DNA from: Phoronis australis
Lineage: Eukaryota; Animalia; Phoronida
NCBI GenBank assembly: GCA_002633005.1
Contig: NMRA01000341.1
Coordinates: forward strand, 327,474 to 391,473
Length of the DNA stretch: 64,000 nucleotides
Direction of reading: 5' to 3'
Under the pieces are notes generated by a model. It worked only from the letters and a program-made list of their open reading frames with translations, searched no databases and was not told the origin of the DNA. The translations under genes were made by a program, and so were the position numbers. Shown piece after piece: positions 1 to 13,400 of the stretch. The stretch's first letter is position 1, and every line of letters begins with the position of its first letter.

Positions 1-440
1 TGCGATGTTCGGAAAGACGAGTCCCGCGTTTCCTACCAGTCTCAACGACGGATATAAGTGCTATCAAAGTTAGCGCAGGGTATCTGATAAACCACACTGG
101 TGTCAATCATGAAAACTACGTTTGCCCTTGGCATGCACAAGAAAATTTCTGAACGTTCTGATTGGTTTAACAACAACAGAAAACAAGGCTCCTCCATGAA
201 TAGAGGCATTGGACAGTACGTTCTATCAAACATATACAACCCAGTGATACGCTAACGTTCCAAGACGTCCGTCAGATGTCCCCACGCAGGAAGACGTCAC
301 ACGTCCCAGCCTCTCACGTCATCATTAGTTTGAGAAAGGCCTCAGCGTGAAGGCCGAAAAGTTAACTAGGTACATAAATCATTGACTGTGTTCTAAGAAC
401 TTTATTCCAATTATGATATATCCAGTCAAATGAACATGTT
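1..440 (+). mobile_element. Penelope-like retroelement 3' remnant (GIY-YIG C-terminus plus pseudo-LTR with a hammerhead-like motif)
   Basis: Frame 1, 121-255, reads SERSDWF...RKQGSSMNRGIGQYVLSNIYNPVIR*, typical of a Penelope endonuclease tail. A TTGAGAA-stem-GAAA motif follows at 326-368. Confidence 0.7.
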
Positions 441-1771
441 TCATCACCTGCTTTAGCGTGCAGTAGGCCTACCTCCACCTAGCGGTTGTGTGAAGCCCTT
501 TGACTTTGGTCATACCGGTGCGAAAGCACTCGGAGTCTCCCTGAGCTCGTTGTCCGGGCTGAATGAAAATGGCACTTCACACTGAATGTCAGGCCCGTAT
601 GTAGGAATATGGAAATACATTTACACTAATGTAACGAGTTACGCTTACGTAGCGGCAGCGACAACAAGTATAGATTCCTTTAGGCTCGTACACTTTGGTC
701 GTGCTTTGTTGAAGACTGACGTTTCACGAGTTCACCAATCAGTGGCGGAGCTATATTTTTGGGGGCTTATGTGCAATTTCGATAAAAATGAAACTTGGGT
801 ATTTTGAAAGCCTTCTTGCGGCGGTGGGAGAAATGCGAAATGGTGGCAAAAGGAAAACCTTGCATCCTAATGTCTTCAGTAGGTGTTTTCAACATTTGAT
901 TTTGTCTTGGCAAACCCTAAAATTTTCGTTTTGCACCAGGTATTGAGTTGGCCTGGACTTTAAATGTGCCTAGCCATAGTCTGTAAGAGAACCCCACCTG
1001 AAAGTATTGTTATTGAGTAAACGCCTGCGATAAGTATTGATAGACTTGTCACAAAATTAATACAACCCCATCGCATGACTGGACACATTCTTGGCTGTTG
1101 TTTTAAAAATGCTGCCAGGTAGAATGGGAGTATTTTCTGTTGTGAGCATTTACTGATCTGTAAATCCTGGGAATCGTTAAGGCAAGTAATTAAAAAAAAC
1201 GAGTATCAGGAAGTAATTTCTCGTTTTATGTTAGAGTTGTTTGTGTATTGTATGCACATAGTGCAACGACGCATATTGGGCAGGATCGTTTTATCATATT
1301 CTCTGACAAAACCCAAAACTGAAAAATCAAATAAGCCACTTTAGATCGTTATGAATTATTTCTGATGCTTTAGGACGTCGCGGCGTAAGAATACTTCGTT
1401 TCCATGATTATCAATAGTGCAGTTTGGCCACATACATTCTGTTAAAACCATTCAGGAGTAACTTATAATCCACGTGTTTGAGGTCCGGGATACTCCCCAA
1501 AAGGATTTAAAAGGGGACGTTTCTCTTAGACAGTTGTCTTTCACGACCCATTTCCATACATAAGGATTCATTTCAGGAATTAGGCACTGTAAAAAGTGTA
1601 CCGTTTTCCTTTTTCGAAAACCTACAGAAAGGAATTTAAATGTTATCTAAATTTTAAATCATGGCTTGGAAAATATATATTCATTTTGACAATATGACAA
1701 ATGTTATAGAATTGTTTTGAAAGTTTTACGGGGCAGCCGCCTCTAAATCCCTTCGGAAAGGTTAGGGTTAT

Positions 1772-4140
1772 GGCAAATCACAATCAAGGTCCATATTCGG
1801 TGGCCACTTTTGGTGAAAAATGAAGGTTGTCATATAACTGTAAAAGCTGGGTTATTTTAAAGTACCATCATTCCAGGTTTGTAATCTAAAATATTTTTGC
1901 ACAAGAACCACTGAATAAAATTTTATGGCCTAATGCATCACAGTTGTACAAAAGGGTACGTACACTACAACTTGTGGTCACAGCCAACTTCTACCATGCA
2001 AAAATTCAAAAGGTAGCTGTTAATTTAACAAGTTTTTGATCAAATTGAAGAAGTATCACATACTAAAATAAGAAAAGTTATTACCGTGCCGATCAAGTTG
2101 TTCTAGATGATGATACATTGCATATCTTAACACGGTATAATGAAAACTTCCTATCTTGCAATATGATTCTTACAAAAAGAAAATGACAAGTAACTACTTT
2201 TTCAAAAACCTTATTGGTTTTATTTGCCTAGTTTTCAATACATTCACCAGTTGGTCAAAATAGTTAAAGCAATGCTAGGCCCAGTGTTCCACTTGTAAAC
2301 AGTAAAAAATGGTACTGGTTGGGGGGGGGGGGGGGGGGGGGGGNACACTACGCACAGTCAATCAACTTCAAACTTTGACTAAGTTACAAATGTATGGGAT
2401 GGTCTTGAGTTTTGTGCTGCTTCTACTTGTTGGTTTGTTGCAAGTTGTCTTGAGTGATAGAGAATCTGCCTCTGCAACATCAATTGTCACATGAGGGGTC
2501 TTCTCGGATGTTTAGTACTAGCCAAGTCCTGTGTGACATTTTATTGCCCGAAAATTTGATAATGTCCATTGTTTTTGTCAGACTAGGAAATATCAGTATT
2601 GTTCATAAGAACAGCAGTATGTAAACATTCTTGTGGGCAATACTTTATAGCATAGAGGTTGAAGGTACGTACACTACACTACACAGGGGTACGTATATTA
2701 CATGTCACTGATTTGTCAGGTTGATAAAAATGCTTAGAATCTACTGAGATTTAGTTCATTTACCAAATCTTTTCAAAGAGAACAAATAAAAAGTACAGCA
2801 TACATGTGCATATCTGTCTGTCATTCTTTGAAAACAGGCACTTGTTAAAATATAAGGGTACGTACACTACACAAATGCTAATATTTCACTCAAAACAAAA
2901 TGTAATTAACACCCTTTTAACCTAGCATTTTTAATGGAGGAAGCTGTCTGTGACAAATGTTGCTTACTTACCGTGTAATATTTTTGTTTCATGGCATTTG
3001 TTCACATCGGGGTACGTACACTACAAAGGGGTACGTACACTACATTTCAATGACATGTCAGGTTTGTTACTTAATACTAAGAATCTACAGAGAGTGAGTT
3101 GATTTACTAAATCAATTAAAAGAGAAAAAATTAAAAGCACAGCATTCATGTGCATATCTGCTGTGATTTGAAAATAGGCAGAAATTAAAATATAGGGGTA
3201 CGTACACTACGAACATGCTAATATTTCACTCAAAACAAATGTAATTGTAGTAAACACCCTTTTAACCTAACATTTTTGAGGAAAGAAACTGTCTACGATC
3301 AGTGTTGCTCCCTTACCAAGTGATATTTTAATTTCATGGCATTTGTAAACATGGGGGTACGTACACTACAAGGGGGTGGGGTTCGTACACTACATCACTG
3401 TTTCTGCATCTGGTAACATAATGTTGTATGGCCATTTATTTTTCTTTGATGATAACAAGCACCATGTTGTTATTTTTAAAAAGGCAATAATTTCATTTGC
3501 AATGACCATTTGTGTTACTGAATTCCACATGGGAGTACGTACACTACATTTTGTTAGCCTTTTTGGCCCATTTTCAGCATAGCAGAACTCAGTCAATATC
3601 CAAACTTTTGGTTTGTTTAGATATTGAATAATTTGCTGTGTTGCCTAGGCTAACACATTCTGCAGTTCTTTTTATGACAGAGTTTGAATTTTAGTTTTTA
3701 ACCTTCTTTCAATAGGTGAGGGTTAGAAACACAGAATTTACAAATTTCGTAACCAGAGCCTGTTTATGATGAACCCTATCATTTCTAAATGATTAATCAC
3801 AACTTCATCTAAGTGATTCTAAAAGTGACTCAAGTTGTTCCCAGTCATATCTAAGCAATTGCTTACTTGATAAAATAAATTTCTTTTCTACTGTTGACAA
3901 TTGAAAATAGTAATTTTTAAAATGGCCACTCGTAACGCTAAAAGTACATGAAATTCATGGACAAAAACTTGCATAAATTTCTCAAACATTGTCCGATTTT
4001 GATGATTTTTTTTTAATTTGCACAACTAAATAACACTTTGCATATGAGATTCAGTTGGCATTTGGTAAGTGACCAAAAAAATTTATTTTAGACCGTAACA
4101 CAGTCAACTCTCGAATATGGACCTTGATTGTGATATAGCC
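1772..4140. mobile_element. Non-autonomous TIR DNA transposon (~2.4 kb) with internal repeats
   Basis: 23-bp perfect inverted repeat ATCACAATCAAGGTCCATATTCG near both ends with GGC/GCC termini; ~10 copies of GGGGTACGTACACTACA; ~340-bp internal direct duplication; no TSD seen. Confidence 0.75.
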
Positions 4141-4735
4141 GAAAAGGATTTTGATATTATGTACATTTTAAAAGCTCTGGTTCAAAATGCATACTCATTT
4201 TGATAACGCGACATGGTTGACATCTCTTCTAGTACTGTTTTGAAGGCTTAACGTAATTGTATACCTCAAAACAACAACAAAATAATTTGATAAACACCCC
4301 CTTTAATATCTTAACTTAGCCTTTTATAGGCCTTAAAAGGACATCCTTTCAGGAATCCCTACTGAAAGGTTAGGTTCATGAAACAATTAGCCCTGGACCA
4401 AAACTCTACGGAAGGGTGACGTTCCACCGTAGTTCCTTAAAATGGGTCCCTTTGTCGTATCGATTCTGTAAATAAGTTTTTATCTTTAATTTCATGCTGC
4501 ACCTCCATCAAAATATACTTGAGTACATCCGGATTTTGGGGGCAAGCAACGACTATAATACAACGTTTGAAAAATAACTCGAGAATTCAATGCCAAGAAA
4601 TGTAACCGGTCATGGGGCGGGCGTTGGGCGCACTTTGGAATTGGTGACTGCAGGAAGTTGGTGGCGGTCATTAGATGGCCCATCCGGAAGTGATGGCGAC
4701 TGAGAAGAGGGGACATATTTTACAGGGCTATCCTG

Positions 4736-4875
4736 GCGTGCGTTCAGTAGACGCTAGGACCTAGCCAAAAGCTAGTCAAGGTCACGTGCTCTTATTCAAA
4801 ATACACGGCAATATCACGCGTAATCTCGCAAAGTCTTGCTTTTAAGCTAGGTCCTAGCGTTACTGAACGGGAGGC
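4736..4875. mobile_element. Short MITE, copy 1 (possibly PIF/Harbinger-like)
   Basis: TIRs CGTTCAGTA.ACGCTAGGACCTAGC / GCTAGGTCCTAGCGTTACTGAACG; a second copy lies at 16381. Confidence 0.7.
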
Positions 4876-6313
4876 TGTTCTCGCCTCCGTGCCAGAAACG
4901 AGTTTTTGGCTGTGAGATGTACACGATAAGTGAGCAAATGACAAAAGATGTGCATATACAAAAACGCTCATGACCTTGCTTGACAATGTACTAGGCAGAT
5001 GCGTAGGTGGTGAAGATTTTGTTAATAGCCGTGCAGATGTCTTTTTTTAACCGCCCGGCGTTTCGCGCTCACTAAGGCCAGTTTCATCTGTGCCTATATG
5101 TATTTTACTTGGGGTCTTATTAATCTTTTCATTCAAACCTGGGACGTAATCTGAATATAGGTCATTTCGCGTGCATAACCTTTGGAATAAGTGGGATCAT
5201 AGTTTAAATTTATCTGAGACAAGTTTGTAAAAAGTCTCGCGTTTCAGTTTTAATCGTACCTCAATACCAACACAGAAGGCGCAAAATACTGTAATTGCTT
5301 TGTACTGTTTCGGCGAAAATTTTCACTGCCGCTGTAACTGTTTACAAAACTTGAAAAACACTAAGCTTATTTACTGGGATACATCGTTGCTCTAGTTGTT
5401 AAGATTGTCTTCAACAATGCTGGAAGAAACCATGAGCGGAGTGAGGACTTACACGTTTATTTTTGGCGCTAGAATCGCTAGTCTCGTGAGCGTGGGTCGT
5501 CGCCCGTGAAAACACGAGTACACGAGTTGTGCATGCGTGGGCTGGCGTGCGCACAGTGGCGTGTCGGACAAGGTAGAGTAAACTAGCCCACTTTACTCTG
5601 TGCTCATTGGGAACTCGACAATAAAATGCAGAATTGTCATAAATAGCGAGTAAAGGAAGTCAACAATATTACGAGATTGTTAGCAGTCATACTAAAGGAA
5701 CTTTCAAATTACTCATAACGTTTTTAATCCCTCAGATCTGGGCTTCGATGGTCAGTGGAGTGATCGATGCTAGCTAAAATTTTGCGACAGTAATGATATT
5801 AAAAGAACAGCATCGATTTATCGTCGGAAAAGGAATTTTTGGAATTATTGTTGGCCCGGAGAACTTTAAAACAACACGATCCGTTGTATTTTAGTGTTTT
5901 TATTACTAATTCCCAATTCTCGCCGTTGTCTGTCAGACATTGGCTGATATCAGTGCTAGTGTCTTTACCATTTTTACGCCTGAAATACCCTGCCACTTGA
6001 CGTTTGGGATTTGACTCAGCGGCAAAGCATTTTGATGCTACTGCGGAGTGTGTTCGGTTCCTCACCTTTGTAGATTTCTTTCCTCGCCGAGAATGTTTTA
6101 TAGAAGTGGCAATTTACTATCGAGGGGCCCTTTCCAAGAAACTGACTGCAGTTCATTTTTACTTAATTCTAAGATTTTTCTCAATTTTTAAACTTCCACA
6201 TCCGGTAAGTTAGTCAAAATTAAGATATAACTTGAGTAAAACTTAAGATCTCTTTCTTGAAATGGACTTGAGATAGACTTCAGTTTTATCTTAAAATAGT
6301 CTGAAATTTAAGG

Positions 6314-7492
6314 TTTGTGTTAACCGAGGTCGTATATTGCCGTCATCTCTGTCTGGGCGTCCGGCGTCCGCAGCTGTATCTCCTAAACCCCTGGGGGAAT
6401 CTTGATGAGATTTGGCAGATGTGTTCCTCTGAAGCTGACGAATTGCGGACCTCTTGGACTACCGATGTGCCCTCTAGTGGCAATTTTAGTTTTTACGCTT
6501 ACCTCTGTATCTTGGGAGGTCCTCAACGGATTTTCCTAAAATTTGGCAGTTAGGCATCTATTAGTGAGATGATGCTATCCTTCCGTTTTCGGATGGATTC
6601 GAGGTACTTTGCGCCTCCAACTGACCAGTTTTACTGTTTTCGAGTCCGTTTTTTGGCGTCCGCTGTTCTAGCAACCAAACCGCTCTAGGAATGATTTTGA
6701 AAATTGGCATATATGTTCTTACTGTGAAGAGGGCGGCTGACGATGATTTTCCTACGATTTTGACTACTATGGCGCCTCCTAATGGGAGTTTTTTTTGTTT
6801 ATGTGCCAATGGCTGTGTCTTCTAAATGCTCTACAGGTTCTTTATTGAATTTTGCTGGTGTATTTATATGAAGTTGTCAACAGAGGATGACGACTTGCGG
6901 AGAGATCAGATTACCGCTGTGCCCCCTACTGGCAATTTTAGTTTTTTACGTTTACCTCTGTATCTTAAAAGGTCGTCAATGGATTTTCATAAAATTTGAC
7001 AGTTAGGCATCTATAAATGAGTTGACGCTATCATCCGGTTTTCGTTAAAATTCGAGGCATTTTGCGCCGTACTGTGGGCATTTTTAATGGTTTTTAGTCT
7101 CGTTATTTGGCGTCCGCCCCTCTGTCAACAAAACCACTCTAAGGATGATTGTGGAAATTGGCATGTATGTTCCAAATGTGAAGAGGAAGTTTGACGATGA
7201 TTTCCGATGACTTTATCTACTTTGGCGCCTCTTAGTGGCAGTTATGTTTTTTGCTGATAGCCTCTTAGTGGCAATTTCATTTTTTTGTTTTCCTCTGTTT
7301 TCTCAGAAGTTCCTTGACGGATTTTTATGAAATTTGGTTAATAGGTTTGATGATACATACAAGTTTTCAGATGGATTCGACATATTTTGCGCCATCTAGC
7401 TGCCATTTTCATGTTCCAAATAAACACCCCTAGAAGCACACCGTTAGCGGTGCATTCGTGGGCGAATTTCATCGCTCTGCGTTGCTCTTGTT
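6314..7492 (+). mobile_element. Probable Helentron-associated non-autonomous element (HINE/DINE-1-like)
   Basis: CGTCCGGCGTCCG near the 5' end, internally duplicated core (~6410-6800 and ~6880-7330), 3' mini-hairpin CATCGC-TCT-GCGTTG then CTCTTGTT. Confidence 0.5.
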
Positions 7493-10455
7493 GATAACAT
7501 TGTCCACTTTGTGATGTCATACATGCAGTATTTGCAACGAGCCACTGAGAGGCTGCGGTGATCTTGACCGTGGTAATGCCTCTGGCTCAACTGGGGTTAT
7601 CATGTAGCGGCGTGGGACTTTAATGGTCAAAGTCTGGTGCTCGTTGATTCGTCCTCAGATTATCTCAAGGCATATCGTCCTACGTGTAATAACTGTGTAA
7701 GAGCTCCGAACGTTCATGGGTAACGTAGACGTCGCGTGTGTATTTTTCGAAGCAGGTGCTCATCAGTTTCCGAGCAAGTACGAGGCATCGGGTAAGATAC
7801 ATGTATTTTCACGTCAAGGTAGCTACGTACCACTTGATGTCTGTTGTGGCGGTGGTTGCACTAAGTGACTGAAGACGTTTGTCACATGCTTCATTGTAGA
7901 ATCCCCTCAAGCCACCGTTGCCTTCTAGGTTTTACTATTGCAAGACCTAGTGTTACACGAACGCCAAGGAATGATGTTAGTTGAGCTACTGTATGGCCAC
8001 AGGGGCTCGTGCCGAGGTCAGCACGGTTAGATAAACAGAGACACATGCCCTCATTCCGACCTCGAGCGCTCAGTTGGCATCGTGTAGGAAAATACAGTCA
8101 AGTTTCTGACTGTATTGACTTTAAGTCACGTGGTAAAAGAAATTTGATTTCTACCAGTTACCGTTATGAGGTTGGTCAACTGTGCCTAAGTTCTACCGGA
8201 GGAGGCATCAGGGCTTCGTAAAACTGGAAGTTGGTTATTGCTGGAGAGCTCGGTCTTGAGGAGTAGGCCTAACCAACTGCCACGTCTTAACAGACCCAGC
8301 AATCACTCCTCATCTGAGTAAGGGATAAGACAAGACCAGTTCTATAGTAGTTGGTGGTTCAATTTTAAAATTTCCTTCTGTACAGAACGCGAATTTATAG
8401 CCGCTTTTTGATATTTTGTTATTATTCCTTACGTAATGATATCTACATAATGATTATCAGCTTTTGTTTCGAAGTATGCAGTTGCACACCTGTTTTTATT
8501 GTGCATTCAGCTAGTTATTTGTGACACAGACTATGTCGTCCCACATGGCGACTGTAAAGATGCGTTATTTTCATGGCAAATCTCAAAAGCCCGCAAATAT
8601 CTTTTATCCGATAGCCTGAGTCTTTGTGTCCTGTATTCGAGATGGAATATTTCTAGTCTAGTGATTGTATTCTGGTCTTCTTATCACTCACGGTAAAATT
8701 TCAGATTCTGTTTTTCGTTCTTCTCGTTGTAACACATAATTAAAGGAGTAACGTCAAAGTTGCCATGGAAACAAACCTAGGTGTAGTCTATGGAACTGAA
8801 TGCTGCAAGAAAATGTAAAAACGTATGTCATTATTAGATTGTATTTGTATATTTGTGCGTGACCGTAGCGCGTAGAACGACGAGTATTCGAGTATCTTAT
8901 CAAAGTTGACTGTTAAAATATTCGCATAGAGTGCTACGTATGAAACGTGATGACGTAATTCCAAGCTTGGAGGCTCCTCGGGTCAACACAAGAGTGTTTT
9001 ATAGGAAGTATTCGTTCCCAGTTATTTTCCGCCCCCGAAGGTATATCATTGTCGTAAGCGTGGAAAGCATAATTCCTCCGCGTGTTCGTGTGTCTATGCT
9101 CAGAGTATTGGTCTCCTGTGCGCAACTCCTGCAAAAAATGTCTACAAAGTGCCGTAAGGTATCTACAGCCTTTGCGATTCGACCGTATATTTCCAGTTCT
9201 TGATTGTCACGCTCCCGTGCAGCTAAGCGTGTACTTATGTATACAGCGCCTCCTACATGTCTCAGGAGATTTCAACGAAGATTTCAAAAAGTACATGTAT
9301 GCTTACGAGGTGCCGCAACGCAAATTGTTGGGAGTTTTGCGCTTTTAACGTATCTTCTTGAATTTTGTCGCGTTCTTGATGTTCACCCCCAATGGTCTTT
9401 TGCGCGCAACACCTGTATTTTGATAAAATTTGAATTGAATGCATACTTAAAAAGAGATGTACAAGTTATCTTTGACATTTTGTGACTCGAACGTATTTAT
9501 GAATCTTGTCCCAGTAGTGATTTTCTCGCTTGCGTGCAGAGAATAATGGATTTCTTTGCGCATTTCCAACTGCTGTATTTTTTCCGTTCTTGATTTTCAC
9601 GCATCCTTATGGGGATGTCTGTGCGCAACTCCTACATGGGACTTTGACCAAAATGTCAAAACGTACGGTTACAAAGTGTCGTATCGCATATCGTCGACCT
9701 TTTACCATTGAACCGCCTTATTTTCCTGAATTTTATTACACCATTCTTCATATTCACGCATTCATCCTGGGGTGAAAATTGCTGTCTGTGTCTACTTTGT
9801 TGCATTTTGAAATACATTGCTGTCATCAGCACCATTTTCAGTACTTAGTTTAGTATGCTATGAATCGCCATGGCGTCATGGCTACCGGTATCGTGGTGGT
9901 TTTGTCTGTCACAAAACTCCTAGCGTTTTCTAAGTCCTCTGCACCTTGACGATGATCATCATCGTCACTATCACCATTATAATTATCGCAGTCGGTGTCA
10001 TCGTCGTGATCATTGTCAACTTCATTTTGATCATCCAACACTGTCATCGTCATCACCAACAACATCAATTGTCATAAAAGCCATTGCCATTGTCACGTTG
10101 TCGTCATTTTATCTGTTTTAAAACTGGTCATTTTCAGATTTTTTCAAATTCTTCGCTTTGTAACATGAATTTTGTTTATTCTCGTTGTGTTTAGTGTTTT
10201 GCTGAATTATCCTATTTTGACACTTTTCTGCCGTCGACAACTGTAAAAAATAAATGCAGTATTCATATGATTGACACAGAAATACACGAAACATGAAGTA
10301 CGTACTCTTCCCGCCTGGCACAGTCATTGTTCTGTTATCGCATAGTCGGTTATTACTCCTAATTGGTTTGTTGTAATGACACCGTAACACTGCATACATT
10401 CAATTCGTGATTGTACTTGCAGTATACACTGGAGCAGATTCCACAAGAGGAGAAA

Positions 10456-10491
10456 ATGGAAGAAACTCGCGAAGAAAAAGCACTCCGACAG
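10456..10491 (+). CDS. SEC14-like gene 1, coding exon 1 (MEETREEKALRQ); the exon probably starts at 10423
   Basis: Acceptor ttgcag ends at 10422; ATG at 10456; donor CAG/gtacat; phase 0 into exon 2; matches the family E.AL..F start. Confidence 0.75.
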
Positions 10492-13400
10492 GTACATAGA
10501 TGGGAGTATCTCAGGATACATAATTGTGATACAGGGAAATTATACTTCTTTTCTGGACTTACTGAGAATTAAAGCAACGTATCATCTGCCACTGTCGAGT
10601 TTTTCAAGCTTCTGTGACACCTCATGGCCTGTGTCAATCTTAAGACCATACACGGTTGAATCTCAGTCCACATCTTCTGTCTGATGGCGGATGTTCAATT
10701 CTTTCAAAAATACACAACTGCACACAGCGTTCAAATCATTTTCCCCGTCTACAATCAGCGTATCATCTGGATGACGGGAAAGAAACATTTGCGTTTGAAG
10801 TAATCTAACACCCGTCTTTAATCAGAAGAGGTGGCATGAGATTCAATCCATAACATACGTTGGGTCGCATGTTGTTCAAAGTTTCCCATCGTTTGCCACA
10901 AAATCGACACACGCCACCAGCTTGGTCCCTGAGACTTGAAACTGTTGGAAACTTTGCTTTAAATTATCAAGTCGGTCCTTTTAAAAATTGGCGATTTTCC
11001 TTCATAATCGATACTGCATCAGTAATAATGTCCATCGAGATGTATGCGAATGTTGAAGATACGCTGCGTTTCTCGGATTCCCAATCGCGCTCTGCACAGA
11101 CGTTCTGTTTAGCAACTTTCGAACTCAATTTTTGTCTCACACACTGCATTTCTTTTCATGTCTCGCGGGAGACACGAGTTGCACGTGCTTGCCACAATCT
11201 GTCAAACCTGGCACTATCCTGCAACTGAGGATGTATGCGTCTAGCAGAAAACCATTATACTCGTAAGCGTAGATTTGTTGCGCATGAGAAAAGAATAGCA
11301 GCTCGTGAGAAAAAAGTGCAATTCAATATGAGAAAAGATTTATGCTCTGAACGAGAACACCTTTCGGTCTATGAAGGGAGAAGCTTATACCTACGTTGGA
11401 TATGCCACACAGGTTTATGCGCGCGTGTATGCTTGTGTTTGTGCACAGTGCTCCGTCTGTAAATTGTTTGTTAATTAAGTAATTGTTTACAATATGACGA
11501 CATGGGCTTATCGCCGTCATTCCAAAAACATGTGAACTCCCATACCGCGTTTCCTCACTATTTCGTCAAATTTCTGTTCGCACTATTTCCTATTTAACAC
11601 CGCCATGTTCGCTCAACTCAAAATTACAGCGATACCTGTTGCTAATAAATGGACGAGCATCATCGATTCTGAATGGTGTTTATGCTCGAGATTCCCCTTA
11701 ACGTTTTCCTGAGATAACATAGAGCAACAAGGTCAGCATTTCAACCTTTTCCATGATATTTTTTGAGAACTGTGATCATCTGACCCTTTTCCACGAAATT
11801 CGCTGAAGTGATACCCTTTTCACGAACTTGGACCTTGAAAACAATCCTGTTTTTCACAGATTCTTGTTAGCGGATGCGTACGTACCTGGGTCGCAATAGG
11901 AATTTAAACCCTTGTGACCGTAGCTCGCGCCCTGGGTCTTGGGGTCTCGGTTAGTTTGAACTTATGAACTAGAGCGACGCTCTGCAGAATATGGGTGTCG
12001 GCAGATTAGTTCAGTGTCAGGAGTAGACTGCACTGTTCTCGTGATGTAATTTGTTTACAATAGAATAGTAGGGAACGTTCTAGAAGTTTATAGTATGTTA
12101 GTGATTAATGTAATCTCGACCATTCCAGAGCTTAGTATATGTTTGTAGAATAATTGGGAAGTTCCAGAACGTGCTTGAATTGTTGAAAAATTTAACAAAA
12201 TTGCAAGAGACTATAAATACCCAGGCACGGGTTGGTGACAAGTTAGTTACAAGTGAGTAGAGTTGAAGTTGAATACAGTTGGAGTAGAGTTCAGTTGGAG
12301 CTGGAGTCTGTTGAAGATTTTAATATAGCTAGAGTTGAAAGCGAGTTGAAAGTCATAGTTTAGTAGCAGCGAAGAGAATCAACAGTTACGGCGTTAGTTA
12401 ACAGAAAGCCAGTTATTAAGACAACAGGTTATTGAATCGACGAATGTAACAGTTGGTAGAAGTGTCTCGGAAGTTCATCACAAGTCAAGGCTTCGCAGCA
12501 CTGTCTGGAGCATAGACCAAACATTACGTGGGACTCTTTGTTTGAATAGGTTTGTGAACGTACGGTCGACATTAATCTGATTAACTCACACCAGTCTTCA
12601 GTCTATGGACGCACCGAAAGCTATTAGCACTGGTCGTTAACAACCTGCGCTCACCCATCACTGCGAATAACGTGGCATGTTTTTGCCGCCAGGTTACTTC
12701 TTCCATTCAACATGGCGGTATCACCACCCTGAAATAGTGCGAACAGATATTTGATGATAAATTATTAAGGGAACGGAGTAGGAGACATTTTCGTGTATTT
12801 TTGGAACGACAACGACGCGAGGGATCGAAGGATTCCAAAATCATGCGCGTAGGTCAATGCCGTCATATTGTAAACAAAAGGTAACCGAATTTAATACGCC
12901 AGGGCTGGTGGACTGCATAATAGAATTTGACAAATCTTGAACTGGGCTCCGACAGCCCAAGACGAATAGTAGTTCTGTTCTGTGATGTTTTTCAAAACTG
13001 ACGTGGTGATGGATTATTTCGGAGTTGTCTTTTTTCAAAGTACAAAACAAAAAATCATCTGTCAGCTAAAGTGGTATGGGATACGGTGACGCGACTGGCT
13101 TTACTGTGGCACTGAATTCTTGCGACTAACGGGGAATAGGTAATGACACAAAAACTCATGCACACAACCATTAAAACTACGTATGCAAATTTTGTTGAGG
13201 TATTGGAAATCATTTCCTGCTCTTTTCATTGCATTACAGTTTAAGTCCAACATATCCGACGCCATTGAAAGTCACCATGACGACGGCTATCTCCTCAAGT
13301 GGCTTACAGGTTTGTCGTTGGTCTTTTGTTGAAAACTTTGCCGCCGGAAGCATTCAAATTATTTTCAAACCAGTGCAATGCCCTAGAAGCCGTGTTTTGT

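Noticed and set aside
1954-3548. Spaced 17-bp repeats resembling a CRISPR array
   Set aside because: Eukaryotic context, irregular and duplicated spacers, enclosed by TIRs, no cas genes.
9850-10110. Asp-rich ORF
   Set aside because: Degenerate (CAT)n microsatellite.
10560-11230. CRFCG-containing minus-strand reading in intron 1
   Set aside because: A single short motif among many stops; cannot support a call.
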